A DNA stretch of 63,949 nt, the filler included, from Asterionella formosa (taxonomy: Eukaryota): assembly GCA_002256025.1 (NCBI GenBank). It is 14 parts of 14 records of this genome, joined end to end, with 100 filler letters (N's around TTAATTAATTAA, not from the genome) between each part and the next. Parts side by side here need not be neighbours in the genome. Positions count along the whole stretch, not along the records: positions 23,026 to 45,950 come from NKIB01002588.1; 13 more parts are not named here. The stretch is one strand, 5' to 3'. Both the position numbers and the translations under genes were made by a program. How positions within the stretch are numbered: the first letter of the stretch is position 1; each line of letters starts with the position of its first letter. Positions 34,330 through 46,050 of the stretch are shown here, one piece after another. The notes beneath the pieces are model-generated. The model saw nothing but the letters and a program-made list of their open reading frames with translations, was not told the DNA's origin and did not search any database.

Positions 34330-35373
34330 TTATAACCGAGAAGGTATTGTTACAGCCCCATCATGTGGTGTGGGAAGTCGTTTCGATTGATCTGACTTGC
34401 TCCAGTGACCACCTGCCCTATCCAACAGATGTTCCGAATCACCTTCTGGAGGGTATGCCTGTGTTAACGAAACAAGTATCTGCTCCACATTCTCAGGGTT
34501 TATGTCCCCAACATATATGGTGGCTGCCATTCTCATAACACCGTTCAAGCGATAGTCACATGCTGCTGTAGCATGTAATGCGTCGTCTCCAACCATTGAC
34601 GCAACATTATACTCGTATTGGTAATGCCTAGTTTTGCTTTCGTCGTCTGATAGAATCTCAAGCTCGGGGCCTGTATCGTCTGAGAGTATCAAGGGAATGA
34701 TCAAATTGAAAGCCTTTCTTCCAGATGCACTTACATCAGCGTGTATGAAGCCTTTTTCGCAGTGTGACACAGCGATAAATGACAAGTGATATGCACTCAA
34801 CCCGTCAAGGCCAAAGTGCTCCCCGATCGCCTCTAGCACTTGATCGAAGCCACCACTACTGAGAACTGTCAAGTAGTCATTATGAGCCTCTTCATCTGCA
34901 GGGGATGTCCAGTGCATATTGGACCGCCAGTGCGACTTTGGGCGCTGAATTAGCCAATTGAAGCCCTCGAAGCGAACCATGCCGTTTTGTCCTGGCTGAT
35001 AAGGTTCACCGAACACCACCAATCCACGGTAAAATTCTGTAATTCCCATGCGATCGGCGTACCCACGCAACTCTCCCAAGAGTTGGGGTGGTAGCCCCAC
35101 TCGGAACGCGTTTCTTGAAAGCTGTTCCCCTTCCCACATCATTGGCAAGATGTGGCCGGAAGCAAGATTACTAGGCGCTTTGTCAACACTGAAAAATGGC
35201 GCAGGCGGGACAAGTCGTTTTGATTTCAAATCCCCATTCAAGTGGGAGGCCTGGAAATGTCGGAGCCCTCTCCGGAAGGGCAGATGTTCCTGAACAAATG
35301 CTGCTGTGAAGGATGACAAGCAGAGCAGTAATCCTTTGACGACTAGCATGGTGGTGCTGTTTCGGTTCGCCAT
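34330..35373 (-). CDS. Hypothetical 2OG-Fe(II) oxygenase-like protein with N-terminal signal (possibly plastid-targeted)
   Basis: 347-aa ORF with a signal-like LLLCLSSFTAA-FVQ. It has HAD (FIHADV), NLIIPL, GPEL, a distal His (DALHATA) and an Arg (MRMAATIY) in double-stranded beta-helix order. Confidence 0.7.
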   Translation of the reverse strand: MANRNSTTMLVVKGLLLCLSSFTAAFVQEHLPFRRGLRHFQASHLNGDLKSKRLVPPAPFFSVDKAPSNLASGHILPMMWEGEQLSRNAFRVGLPPQLLGELRGYADRMGITEFYRGLVVFGEPYQPGQNGMVRFEGFNWLIQRPKSHWRSNMHWTSPADEEAHNDYLTVLSSGGFDQVLEAIGEHFGLDGLSAYHLSFIAVSHCEKGFIHADVSASGRKAFNLIIPLILSDDTGPELEILSDDESKTRHYQYEYNVASMVGDDALHATAACDYRLNGVMRMAATIYVGDINPENVEQILVSLTQAYPPEGDSEHLLDRAGGHWSKSDQSKRLPTPHDGAVTIPSRL

Positions 35374-36442
35374 GATAGTAATGATGAATGGAAAGGAGAA
35401 GATCGTGCACTCACTCTTTCTTCATGCTTCATTGATGTGTATCATACTCAATATTTGTCTCCTGTACTTCGTCGTCGTTTCATTGAGATCTCAACTGTAA
35501 TGCGACCGTTCAAAGTTTATGAGTACATCCATTTCTATGATCTGTACCTAGGTACGTCCATACTATTTTGGCTTTTAATAAGTTTTAAAATTTGTTCGTC
35601 TTGCTTCTTTGGTTTGTTCGTCATTCGTGCGAGTCATATTTTGAGGTAAATGAAAAACGAGGATCATATGGCGTGCGTAGGCAGTACGTCTGTTACATCG
35701 TGCAGCGATCTTGTTTTTGATTAGAATGTGAGGATGATGCACGTGCTGTTTTTATGACCATTAGAAGCTTCGCTTGCTTTTGCTTTGCTCGACCCAATGA
35801 TCACTGCGTCATGCATGACATCACGCTTCAGGGGGGGGAGGGGGTTGTCTTATTTACAAACCAACAACGACCGACATGATATACCAGCATGTTTCACTTC
35901 CTTCCGGGCTTAGTCATGTATTTACATCACACTCACGGATCGTACTGCATAACAATACAACCACAAGAATGAGCAAGAGGCGGCATACCGGTAGATTTCT
36001 TATGTATATCTTACTCCGAGTATTGTGCATGCCGCCAGTTGTAATTGAGGCAAACAAGCCATGATGGTGATAGTAAATCTGATGAGTATTTAATCCTTCT
36101 GGTGCAATGCTGCAACGGAAATATTCTTCACTATGTGGCCTTTTCATTGTTAATAGCTTGTCTTAGCAAAAGTTGGGCCACTGAGCTAGGAGGACAGTTG
36201 TAGGGCCAATGTAATATATCAGGTATCCCTAAGATTACTGTATCATCCACCACACCACTTTGGTGCTGTTTCAGCGTTTTCTTTGTTCTTACAGTATGGA
36301 CCAGCGACATTGAATGTGTTTTTGGTCAACTTTACAGTGAGCAAGTGCGAACTACTTTATCAATGGTAAGATGCCAACCGTTGTTTTTGGTTGTTAGATC
36401 TCCTTCTAAATCAAATAGAACCAAGATTTGTTTGCTCTCTCC

Positions 36443-38658
36443 CTACTTTTTGAACAATTTGTACATACCACCTGCCCCGCATTCTAGCTTCTCATCTTTG
36501 CACATTTTTTGCAAAAAGCCACTCAGTTGCCTCATCGTCATGTTGTATTGATGATCCGACCCCGACGTAGCAAACATTTTAAGATTGTTGTGAATCCGGT
36601 CCAAAGACAACTCATCCAAACGTTGCAACATACCCAGCACGTACGATTCATAAACTTCAAGGGCATCATCATGCTGGGCACCCAGAACTTGCTGGGAACT
36701 GCCTTCTTCTTCTATATGCTGAACCGCTTGATTCCAATAACTTAGAGTAGCGATTTCGTAGTTCCCTTTGCCATTGATCATTAAGACGCGTTGGTTGACC
36801 CAAAATGCTAATTTTTTAGCCATAGCGTGTTCGTCTGCCAATTCCAAATGCAAGCACAAATCCTCAACACTCCACTCATCTTGATCCTCAAAACTTGATA
36901 TCAAGGTAGCATGTACGGGTGAACAAGTGAATTCTTTTGTCTTCTGAGTTCCGTCGAGGTCAATCACATCCAACTCCAATTGCACTGTCCCGAGTTGATC
37001 CAACCACACTAATTTTCGTGGATTCTTGAGCCTGTAATATTCATTTGAAAAGGCATCCAACTTGGTTTGGATCTTGGTGTGATGTTTGAGTGACTCTTTT
37101 TGTAGCGCTGGCCAGAAAATGTGGGAAATAATGGCTGCTTCCACTTTCCATTCCTCTATCGTTCCACTTCTCGAATGTATATTGTTCAAAATCCGCTTAG
37201 AATCTTCCGTGTCCTTTATCATGATTTCGCATTGTCGCATGGACTGTTCACCAAATCTTAGTTTGAGCAACTCTAGTGTGTGCACTTCCTTGTCAGTATT
37301 ATGCTCCAGATTGGCCAATAGCTTGTCAGCCAACATGAGTCTGTATTCATCGACGAACAATTCCTTTGATCCGTAGATGCTCACAAGAATGGATAAAATA
37401 TCCAACGTCTTTTTATTTGAATACGACCCAAAAAACGTTCCTCGCTGCTGTGACAAGGGTGGCTTGGGACACCATTCAAGGGTAGGACACTCTTCATCAT
37501 CATCATCATCATCAAGCTCAACATCTTCCAACGGCTTAGCGTCATTTCTACGAAGTTCTACATACAAATCTCCAGATGTCAAGGACGTGATGATACATCG
37601 AACCGTATCTTGACGACCCCTTAGGTATGCCCTTACTGGTTCCGCCACAATATGAAGCAATCTATCGGAAGGGTCCACAATGCGCAATACTTTAATGGCA
37701 TTGATGTAAACATCAATAATTTGTGATGTGGTTGCTCCTGGATGAATCAATCGTCGTTCTAATGATGTTTTCAAGGCTTGCCCAAGTTCTTGATGTAGAT
37801 GCGCGAGTTGAAGTATGGTGGCCAGTTCCATAACCGCTGGATGCGAGTCGGGATAGTCAGCAACAAGATCAAAAATTTCTTCCAATCGAATTTTCACAAA
37901 GGCATGTTGGACTGCCGTTGTCAGACGTTGTTTCCATTTGGCCACATCCCCACCAATTAGATCTTGGATCCATGGGAACAAGACCTTCTCACTCCAGTCC
38001 GTGATTTCAGACATGCAATCATTGTGATATAGTTCCCCAGAAATGCAATCTCTTACATGACTGACAATCGTCTGTTCTAGTGCCCGATCCAAGGGTATTT
38101 GTAGTTCATAGTCAATCCACCGTAGATGCTGCAGGTGTATCATCCATTCATCTTGTACAGCTAAAGGTAGGAAAGAATTGTCGCAACTATTTTCCCACAC
38201 TTGTTCGTGTCGTTCCTTCAGAGATTTGGCAAAGAGCATCTGAAAATCGCGCCTCAACTTGTCATTGTCGCATTTTACAAAAACTGCTGCAGTTAGACAG
38301 ATCCGTCGAGATTCAGCCGGGTCCGACGAAAAGCTGCAAGCTAGCTCTTCATGATGATTCGGTACATTCTGTAGTATGTGTGTGAAATGCAAAATTTCGT
38401 GTGAGATCGGGTTGGTAGTAAAAGTGCCCTGAACACAATACTTTTCCCATCGATGAAAGCAACAAGCAACGACGGCACAATCAGGCCGCACACTCGTACC
38501 CATGCATTCAATCGATCGACGAGTCGTTTCAAGCGTTCCGGAAGATCGATTTCAGTTGAATTGAACTCATAGGCTGCTACGCTGCTGGGACGACTCTCGA
38601 TCAAGTCTAACCGGTGTTGAATGTAGGTCTGTTGCGTTGTCGTTGTTCTTGTTGTCAT
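36443..38658 (-). CDS. APC2: Anaphase-promoting complex subunit 2; exons 38658-38500 and 38368-36443
   Basis: EEIFDLVADYPDS, RRLIHPGATTSQII, YLRGRQDTVRCII, LVSIYGSKELFVDEYR..LADKLL, LELLKLRFGE, IISHIFWP, and a C-terminal WHB region (LSLDRIHNNLKMF). A phase-0 intron at 38499-38369 (GTACGAG...ACTACAG) is predicted; an alternative in-frame acceptor exists. Confidence 0.93.
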
Positions 38659-39261
38659 TGCCTTTTTCTTGTTGTCGTTTGTTTTTGTCTGAGGGTGCCG
38701 TTCTAGATAGGATCAATCAGTGGACTAAAATACCAGATACCTTCCATACTGAGGAAAAAGTAACATTTGTTGACTACCGGTAGGTACATAGCTACCGGTT
38801 TGTACCATGTAGTCTACGTACTCCGGAGTGTCCCCACGGTATAAAGTAAGATGGTGGTCTCCTTACCTACCGGCACTCATAGGTACCGGTAGACTACTTC
38901 AACTCCAGGACAGTATTCGTATTGCTGCTACCAGTACTAGGTACCCGAGTGTAGAACCATCACGTCTTTGCTCGTTCAGAACAGCCATGTCACCTGCTTC
39001 CGTATTAACGTTGCTTCCACCACTTTCGTTCTGTTATTATTTTCTTATTGATGCTCAATCCAATCATCACCTCTCTGCTTACTACTACTGCACCTCACCA
39101 GAATAGCTCGAATATTAGTAGCAAGAATAGCTAACGGATCAGCTCAAAGATCAGTTGTGTTTGTTACGGCATTGAAACAGATATCTATCTTCAGCTACTG
39201 ATAGTAACAAAACGAACGTGTGAACAAGAACAAGAAAGAAAATTTTATAGAACGCACGACA

Positions 39262-42200
39262 ATGACAAATGCAAGCACCAACCCCTTTGAAGACGTGCGG
39301 GTCCATGTTCCGACTAACAATCCCTTTGATGATCCACCAGTAACTGGCGACAATGATTCGTCTCCTTTCGGGGCAGCCAAAGACGACGATGACATGCCAG
39401 AAGATCTTCCCGTGGAAGCATCGTGGCAATATCTCGGCGATTTGCCGTACCGTAGAATTCCGATTTACGATAACATTTCTTGGAACCATCAAGGCTTGGC
39501 CACCGTTCCAATCAATAGCACCAAGCACCATAAAGGAATGGATGCAAGAGAGTGGTTGGCAACGTCAACCACCACCAAAGTCGTTGGCTGTCCACATGGT
39601 GGGCCCATTGCCAGCATCACCTTGCCAATCTTGGGCACAATGCCCACAGCCGAACTTCGCATCATGACCAATTCAGGATCGCTGCTAAGCAAAATTTCTG
39701 TACCTCCCGTAATGGCATCGTCCAACAAGACGTATACAGCAGGAGATGTATTGTCCATGGGTTTTACCGACCGGACTATTCTGGTGGTGGTCTTGAAGGA
39801 TTCGCTCTGCCTCACTTATGATCTAAGAGGACAAGCTGTCTTGCCACCCTTTCATGTATTGCCAGGAACTACGGAATTGATACTTGCCCAAGTGTTTGAA
39901 GGTGGTGTCGCTGTCTTATCGACCAAGATGGAGGCGGCCATTGTGGAGTTTTTAGACGACCACGATGACGTGAGTTATGCTAATGGGAGTCATTTGGGAG
40001 CCAGACGTATCCATCCTTCTTCATCGAGTCGAAGGGTGGAAGGTACTACTAGCACTCCTCCTCATTATGCAATCGTAACGCCCTTGCCAAGTAAAACATA
40101 TGCTAGGTGAGTTCTGTATGCCTTGATAGTCAGAGCTCGTTCCAGCACAGCTCCTCCTATTGGATCATGTATGTATGTGAATGCTTCTCATGAATATCCT
40201 GAATATACAGTGAAAATAAGTTATCCTTTGTTTCCATTGCCGTCTTGACTCGCTTTCACACAATCTCTCGTCACCCCGAAGTATTTCTTGCGACATCTGA
40301 CAATTCCGTTGTTGTATTGAACACCGCTACTACGGTAATGACAGACGTCAACTGTCGAGCCCGTATTCAATCTCCAATTGTCAGCATGTCGTTTGCACCT
40401 AATGGCCGATTTTTGGCATGCTTTACCCAAAACTCGATTCTCACTGTTATTTCTACGAGTTTTGAAACCAAAGTGTTAGACTTTGACACTTCTGAAGGAT
40501 CTTCGTCACCTCCACTCGATATGCAGTGGTGTGGAGAAGACTCGGTTGTATTACATTGGAAAAAATTGGGAGTCTTGATGGTGGGACCTTACGGGGACTG
40601 GTTGCGCTTTCCTTTTGATAATGCTGAAAATTTGTACATTATTCCTGAAGTGGACTGTTGTCGTGTCATTACAGACCATTCTGTGGAACTCTTGCAACGG
40701 GTCCCGCCAGTTACGGCTGCTTTAATGAGAATTGGTTCCATCGAACCATCGGCGATGTTATTAGATGCGTCTGATGCCTTTGAGATGGGTTCACCAGCGT
40801 CAGATGAAGCAGCCAGAGCCATTAAAAAGACAGGATTACTAATGGAAGCTGTCGAAACCTGTACGGAAGCAGCGACAAAAGAATTTGATGTGGGAATGCA
40901 GAAGCGACTATTAAAGGCTGCTTCATATGGAATGCATTTTTCATACAAGGACCCGACAGAAGGAATTATTATGGGTGGCTCATTGGAGAATCAGCATCCA
41001 ATAGATGACAAGACCATGCCTTCTGAGACAGCAATCAAGTTTACTACTGCAGCTAGAACATTGCGCATATTGAATGCCTTGAGGGATCCATCTGTAGGGT
41101 TCATCTTGACAGCAGCCCAGTTTGATCAAATCACTCCAACAGGTGTGGTAGCGCGATTAGTGGCGATGAAGCGACCAGCATTGGCATCATCCATAAGTGG
41201 GTACCTTGGCCTACCAAAATCCGTGCAGTTGTTCGCACGAGCGAGTAAGGCCGCTGCCTTTGTGGCAAGCGATAAGTCAAAGAGCGATGCCGAAACTGCG
41301 GAAGCTGCTATACGAATTATCAATGAAAATATTCATCAGAATCAGGCACAAAATGGAAACAGTGGTGCATATGCTTCAGTGGCTCTGGCAGCAAATCGGG
41401 CTGGGCGAGCCGGGGTTGCTAATTTACTACTTATGCTGGAGTCAAGTGTGGCTGATAAGGTTCCAGCTCTAATTGCGACTGGATCTTTCGCCGATGCCAT
41501 GGCTGTGGCAACATCTGCTAGGGACGCAGAATTCATATTCTTTACATTAATGGAGTGCGAAAAGGCGTGTATGGCTAATGCCACAGACCCATCGGCTGGT
41601 CAGAATGCTTTCCTTGGCACTGTCATCAGCAAGTTTACTCCAGAGGGCTTCAATACACTTCGACAATATCTCGAGACAATGCCAGATGTCAAGAATGTAA
41701 TGAATTTGCTTTTACGGGCGCAGCAATCTATTGCTGCAGGCTCAACAATTGCCAAGAAAGCCATGGAAGTCAATACCGATGCAAGTGAGCGTCTTACATT
41801 ACTTGTAGAGGCATCTCGAATTTATGGTCTTGGCAAGGATACTGGATTTCATAAAACTTGCATTGACGATCACCTAGAGCTGCTCAAGGACCAAGAAACG
41901 CTGAGAAAGAAGTACAATAATCCTGATGTGGCCCCGTCAGGTCTCTCTGTCACGCAAACCATAAATGCCGTCATTCGAGCTGCCTCATCTAATAAACGGG
42001 AATCTAACAAATTACTGGAAGATGCTGACAAGATCGCCCGCAAGTTTCGTGTGCCTGAAAAGAGAATGTGGCACATCAAGGTGAAAGCCTTCTCTGAAAG
42101 CGAGCAATGGCCGCAATTGAGAATATTGTCTGACTCCAAAGCTAAGTCACCAATTGGATTTAAGCCCTTTGCCATGGCAGCCATTCGGGGAAAGCAAAGC

Positions 42201-42410
42201 GTTGGAGAAATCATGAGATACATTGATCGTGTCAGTGGATCCGAAGAGCGTTACGATCTCTTCTGTGAAGCTGGTCTTTGGAAAAAAGCCTTGGATGAGG
42301 GGTTCAAAATGAGAGATACAAGACGCATTGCTAGCATCAAGTCCCTTTGTGACAAACCAGAGGTTCGGCTGCTCTGTGATGAAATGATGGGCCGATTGGC
42401 ATCTGCATAA
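39262..42410 (+). CDS. VPS16: Vacuolar protein sorting 16 (HOPS/CORVET); exons 39262-40106 and 40211-42410
   Basis: GCPHGGPIA, SFAPNGRFLA, PPLDMQWCGEDSVV, AATKEFDVGMQKRLLKAASYG, FRVPEKRMWHIKVKA and KSPIGFKPF. The 104-nt intron 40107-40210 (GTGAGT...TACAG) joins the two ORFs in frame. Confidence 0.93.
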
Positions 42411-42414
42411 TGAA

Positions 42415-43731
42415 TTAGTTTGTATTGTAAGTCACTCTTCCATTCAAATAGGCCTTGATTTCCTTTTGTCTACGTTTTCGTAATTCTTCCGCTTTTGGCA
42501 TTTTTTCAGTCAGGAGATTTGGCAAGGCATCCATTTCGTCCTTACTTACTGAGGGCCAGCATTTAGGGTACCAAGGACCGTCGAATTCTGCAACTTGATC
42601 TGCTGTCCTTCCACCATTCCCATCATCCCACAAGACGCTTGGTTCTGTGCCGTATCCAGGTGGAATCACAGCCGATCCTGGCGCGTACCGCACTGAATAC
42701 CTCCTCCATATTCTTGGGTCGTTGCTATCGACAAAGGGTACTGTTCGGTGAAAGAGCCAACGGTCATGAAAAATCACGTCTCCTCGCAGAACTTCATATA
42801 CTCTCATGCTCCCATCCATCATTCTATTAACTTCTGGTGCCGAACTTTTCAGATTGCATGTTCCTGAGCCACTTCGATTAGCAAACATGTCAGCAGCATC
42901 TTTGAAACCTGCTTGTGGAAACGTTTTTGTACTCCCAGTCACTTTGTGCGCTATTGCACTATACTCGGCAATGTGCGAACCCACGGCAAGTGCAAACCCA
43001 CCTCCATGAATGGTGGGCATGTCATCCAGTGCAATCCACGCATTCACACCAGGACTATCGGCAGTGGCAGGCCAAAAGCCAGTATCGTCCACGTGATAGC
43101 CACAGACGTACGGGTCCTTGTCCTTAGCAAGAAGAATGTCTCGCATCACTCGGAGTGATTGTGAAGAGTTGAGACCGAGAAGCTGTGCCGCAATGTGGGG
43201 TATGATGGATCCCAATGCCACGTTTCGAAAGGGAGTAGCAATAGCTTCCTGAGACAGGAAAATAGGTCCAAGCTGCACTGTATGGAATTGAGTAGAGTGC
43301 CGTGGTTTGTTTCGGTGCATGTTCTTTTGTTGTTGATCATTGACTAGTTGTTGTGATGCTGGATCCAACGCTTCGATAAGCTCTTTGGATAGCAACCCTC
43401 GAATCGCGATGACGCCATCTCTTTGATATGCTGCGAGAGCATCCGCTGGCAAATTTGGATTTTCCGATGAAAGCGCGTAGCTTACTGAACGAATCATTGG
43501 CAAAATATCCGTCCGTTGCTTGACCGCGGCTGTCTTACTTCCAACAAAGCGAATACCGGTAGGTGACGCAACACCTTCAATCCACGCGTTGACAGCAATC
43601 GCGACTAGAAGCAGTAAGAACGATGCAAGCAGCGCCCAACCAGATGATCCAAAGATCGCAATTCGATCTAGAATAGGATTCTTCTCGTCTAAATCAACAT
43701 TTCTATGTTCGGATGGCTCGTCTTTGGTCAT
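42415..43731 (-). CDS. Phytanoyl-CoA dioxygenase (PhyH)-family protein with N-terminal transmembrane helix
   Basis: YQRDGVIAIRGLL, GYHVD, NAWIALDD, GGFALAVGSH, GDVIFHDRWLFHRT and RRYSVRY, with TM segment WALLASFLLLLVAIAVNAW. Confidence 0.88.
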   Translation of the reverse strand: MTKDEPSEHRNVDLDEKNPILDRIAIFGSSGWALLASFLLLLVAIAVNAWIEGVASPTGIRFVGSKTAAVKQRTDILPMIRSVSYALSSENPNLPADALAAYQRDGVIAIRGLLSKELIEALDPASQQLVNDQQQKNMHRNKPRHSTQFHTVQLGPIFLSQEAIATPFRNVALGSIIPHIAAQLLGLNSSQSLRVMRDILLAKDKDPYVCGYHVDDTGFWPATADSPGVNAWIALDDMPTIHGGGFALAVGSHIAEYSAIAHKVTGSTKTFPQAGFKDAADMFANRSGSGTCNLKSSAPEVNRMMDGSMRVYEVLRGDVIFHDRWLFHRTVPFVDSNDPRIWRRYSVRYAPGSAVIPPGYGTEPSVLWDDGNGGRTADQVAEFDGPWYPKCWPSVSKDEMDALPNLLTEKMPKAEELRKRRQKEIKAYLNGRVTYNTN

Positions 43732-44456
43732 TGTTTCTTGTCTGCTTCCTTATAAAATCCGCTTCAGAGAAGGAGATTTTCTGTTTGTATGCATACGGTA
43801 ATAGGAAACAAACTAGGCCCTTATTTGAGTATGAATGCATAAAGTGCTACCGGTATGGTTGTTGTGACAGATTGAGAAAGAGGGAGAAGCTGCCTTGCAG
43901 GAGAGCCGAAAGAGATCTCTTCACAAGGCTGGGGAACCCCGCAGCAGGAATCAAAGGCTTATAGCGAAGCGTTGTTATACCCGCAATTCCGGCTCCAGCT
44001 ATCGTCTTGCCATTCGGGTACTTCTAAGTAATTTTTAGGCTCTAAGTAATTTCTTAAGTAATTTTTATTTAAGGGCAATATGGGGCACATCGAATTTTTC
44101 GGCAATAAAATTGCCGATTTTAGCATGACAACCAAAATAACGGTAATATGCATGGAGATGGTACAACAAGCGTAAAACACAAGAGAATGATTGTAACATG
44201 CAACATCAACGAAAATTGAACATGATGTTTGGAGCAACCAAAGTATGAAATGCGATGTAATAAGTAGCATCAAATGAGAAATAGAAAAATTGTTTTGGGT
44301 TAGAAATGAAATAAAAAATAAGAGTTCCAATGGAGACGTATACATTGTGAATCATTGTAGTACTTACACACCAGGCAACATTCACTTTCCATCACCACAC
44401 AATCGAAGACCAAAATAAGAAGGGAAAAGCTGAACCCAATCTTGACCTACATGGTT

Positions 44457-45950
44457 ATGTAGCGAAAATGGTCTGGTTTCTGCAACCATGCGCATCGCTG
44501 TAGTAGCCTGACACCAGTAGCAGTATTTCCGCCACAGTCATTCCTCTCCGCTGCCCACCAAACAAGCAACCCTGATCATTCCATTCTGAGCAAGCGTGTC
44601 GCCACGCTGCTCCAGAACTATTGACTCTCTCTAGCTGAGTATTCGTCATGTAGCTTCTGATACGAACTCGTAGTACAATTGTAGCAAAGCGCGTTAGTAC
44701 AAGAAATGCATTGCTTGGCGGCAATATTGACATCATTGTCAACGAGCGACTATACAAATCAACAAATACGATCAACAACGGCACAATACCACATCTTCAA
44801 TGAGTAGTCATTGATAGATGCATTGGTTCTCATGTAGATATGTACAATCGAAACAAAACGACAGTGCTTAACGACAAACAACGATGGAAGCGATCAAAAC
44901 AAACCACGGAAGCAATCAAATCGGGAAGTCGATAAATACGATCTACAATCCACATTCAGTATTTCACTGTTGTACTCACCGATCCGCTTCAACTAGCATA
45001 ACAAGCAGCAGACGATGGGATAAAAGAAAGACGAACGTTGCCTATTGCAAGCCCGAATAGAGCAAAGGCAGGCAAGATAGAGTGAGAACTATATTTGTGA
45101 GGACGAAATCGGGCATACGGTGTTGTAACAACTACCGTATTCGACCGTATCGTAGGCCTTGAACCTAGTACTGTGTTAATCGAATACAGTTGATGAAATT
45201 GATAGCAACGAGGAAGTTGTCAAACTTAAACTTTACTAACTGGATTGTTTCGAGATAATGGTCTCGAAACACTCTTATTACTCACACTGCATTTTAACAT
45301 TTTTTCTTGACCTCTGATTGCTTTTCCTTGCGTGGTGCCTTTTACCACGTCAGCCCAGGTAACTCTTGGTAGCGGCTGTACGGTTTTAACTGTAGTACTG
45401 TACTCTCTCGTGTCTACTATACCCTTCATGCCTGTCCTGTGGCAGTCAGCTCGAATTTTTCCAACACGCTCCTCGGCTGTTGCCAGGGAACTGGCAGTCA
45501 GGGTATCGACGTGCGCAGCTCCTAGAAGCACATTTCGGAATGTTCTGAACAGGTTTCCTTGCAGTGGTTTCGTAAAGAAGTCCCCCAACATTTCCAACGT
45601 TGGACAATGGCGAATGGTGATTCCTTCATCTACCGATCGATCCTTAATCCAGAAATAGCGGATGTTGATATGCCGAGACTTTGGCCCTGCCGAAATTCGT
45701 CCGTTCTTCTCGAGTTTAATTGCGCTCTCGTTGTCTTGTTCGAAGAAACTTTCTTGAATCTTGTATCCCTGTGCTTCAAGAAACATTTTTACCCACAGCG
45801 TGTTCGGGAGATAATCGCTGGCGCCCACAAATTCAGCCTCCGTCGAACTCTTTGTGTTCAATTTCTGCTTGGTCGACTTGCATATGATGCCTCCAGTTCC
45901 AAAAGACATCACGCCACCGGTGTGGCGCTTCATGTCAGGGTGCACGGCAA
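44457..45950 (-). mobile_element. 3' end of Ty1/copia (CoDi-like) LTR retrotransposon: RNase H, PPT and 3' LTR
   Basis: ORF 45226-45945 has KQKLNTKSSTEAEFVG, QDNESAIKLEKNG, SRHINIRYFWIKD and MLGDFFTKPLQG. The purine-rich GAGGAGCG is followed by TGTTGG, giving an LTR start at 45466 on the minus strand. The far LTR end is unresolved (candidates 45121, 44968, 44457). Confidence 0.88.
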
Positions 45951-46050
45951 NNNNNNNNNNNNNNNNNNNNNNNNNNNNNNNNNNNNNNNNNNNNTTAATT
46001 AATTAANNNNNNNNNNNNNNNNNNNNNNNNNNNNNNNNNNNNNNNNNNNN

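Noticed and set aside
34330..43731. Two 2OG-Fe(II) oxygenases as a biosynthetic cluster
   Set aside because: They belong to different families, are separated by housekeeping APC2 and VPS16, and no other pathway genes are present.
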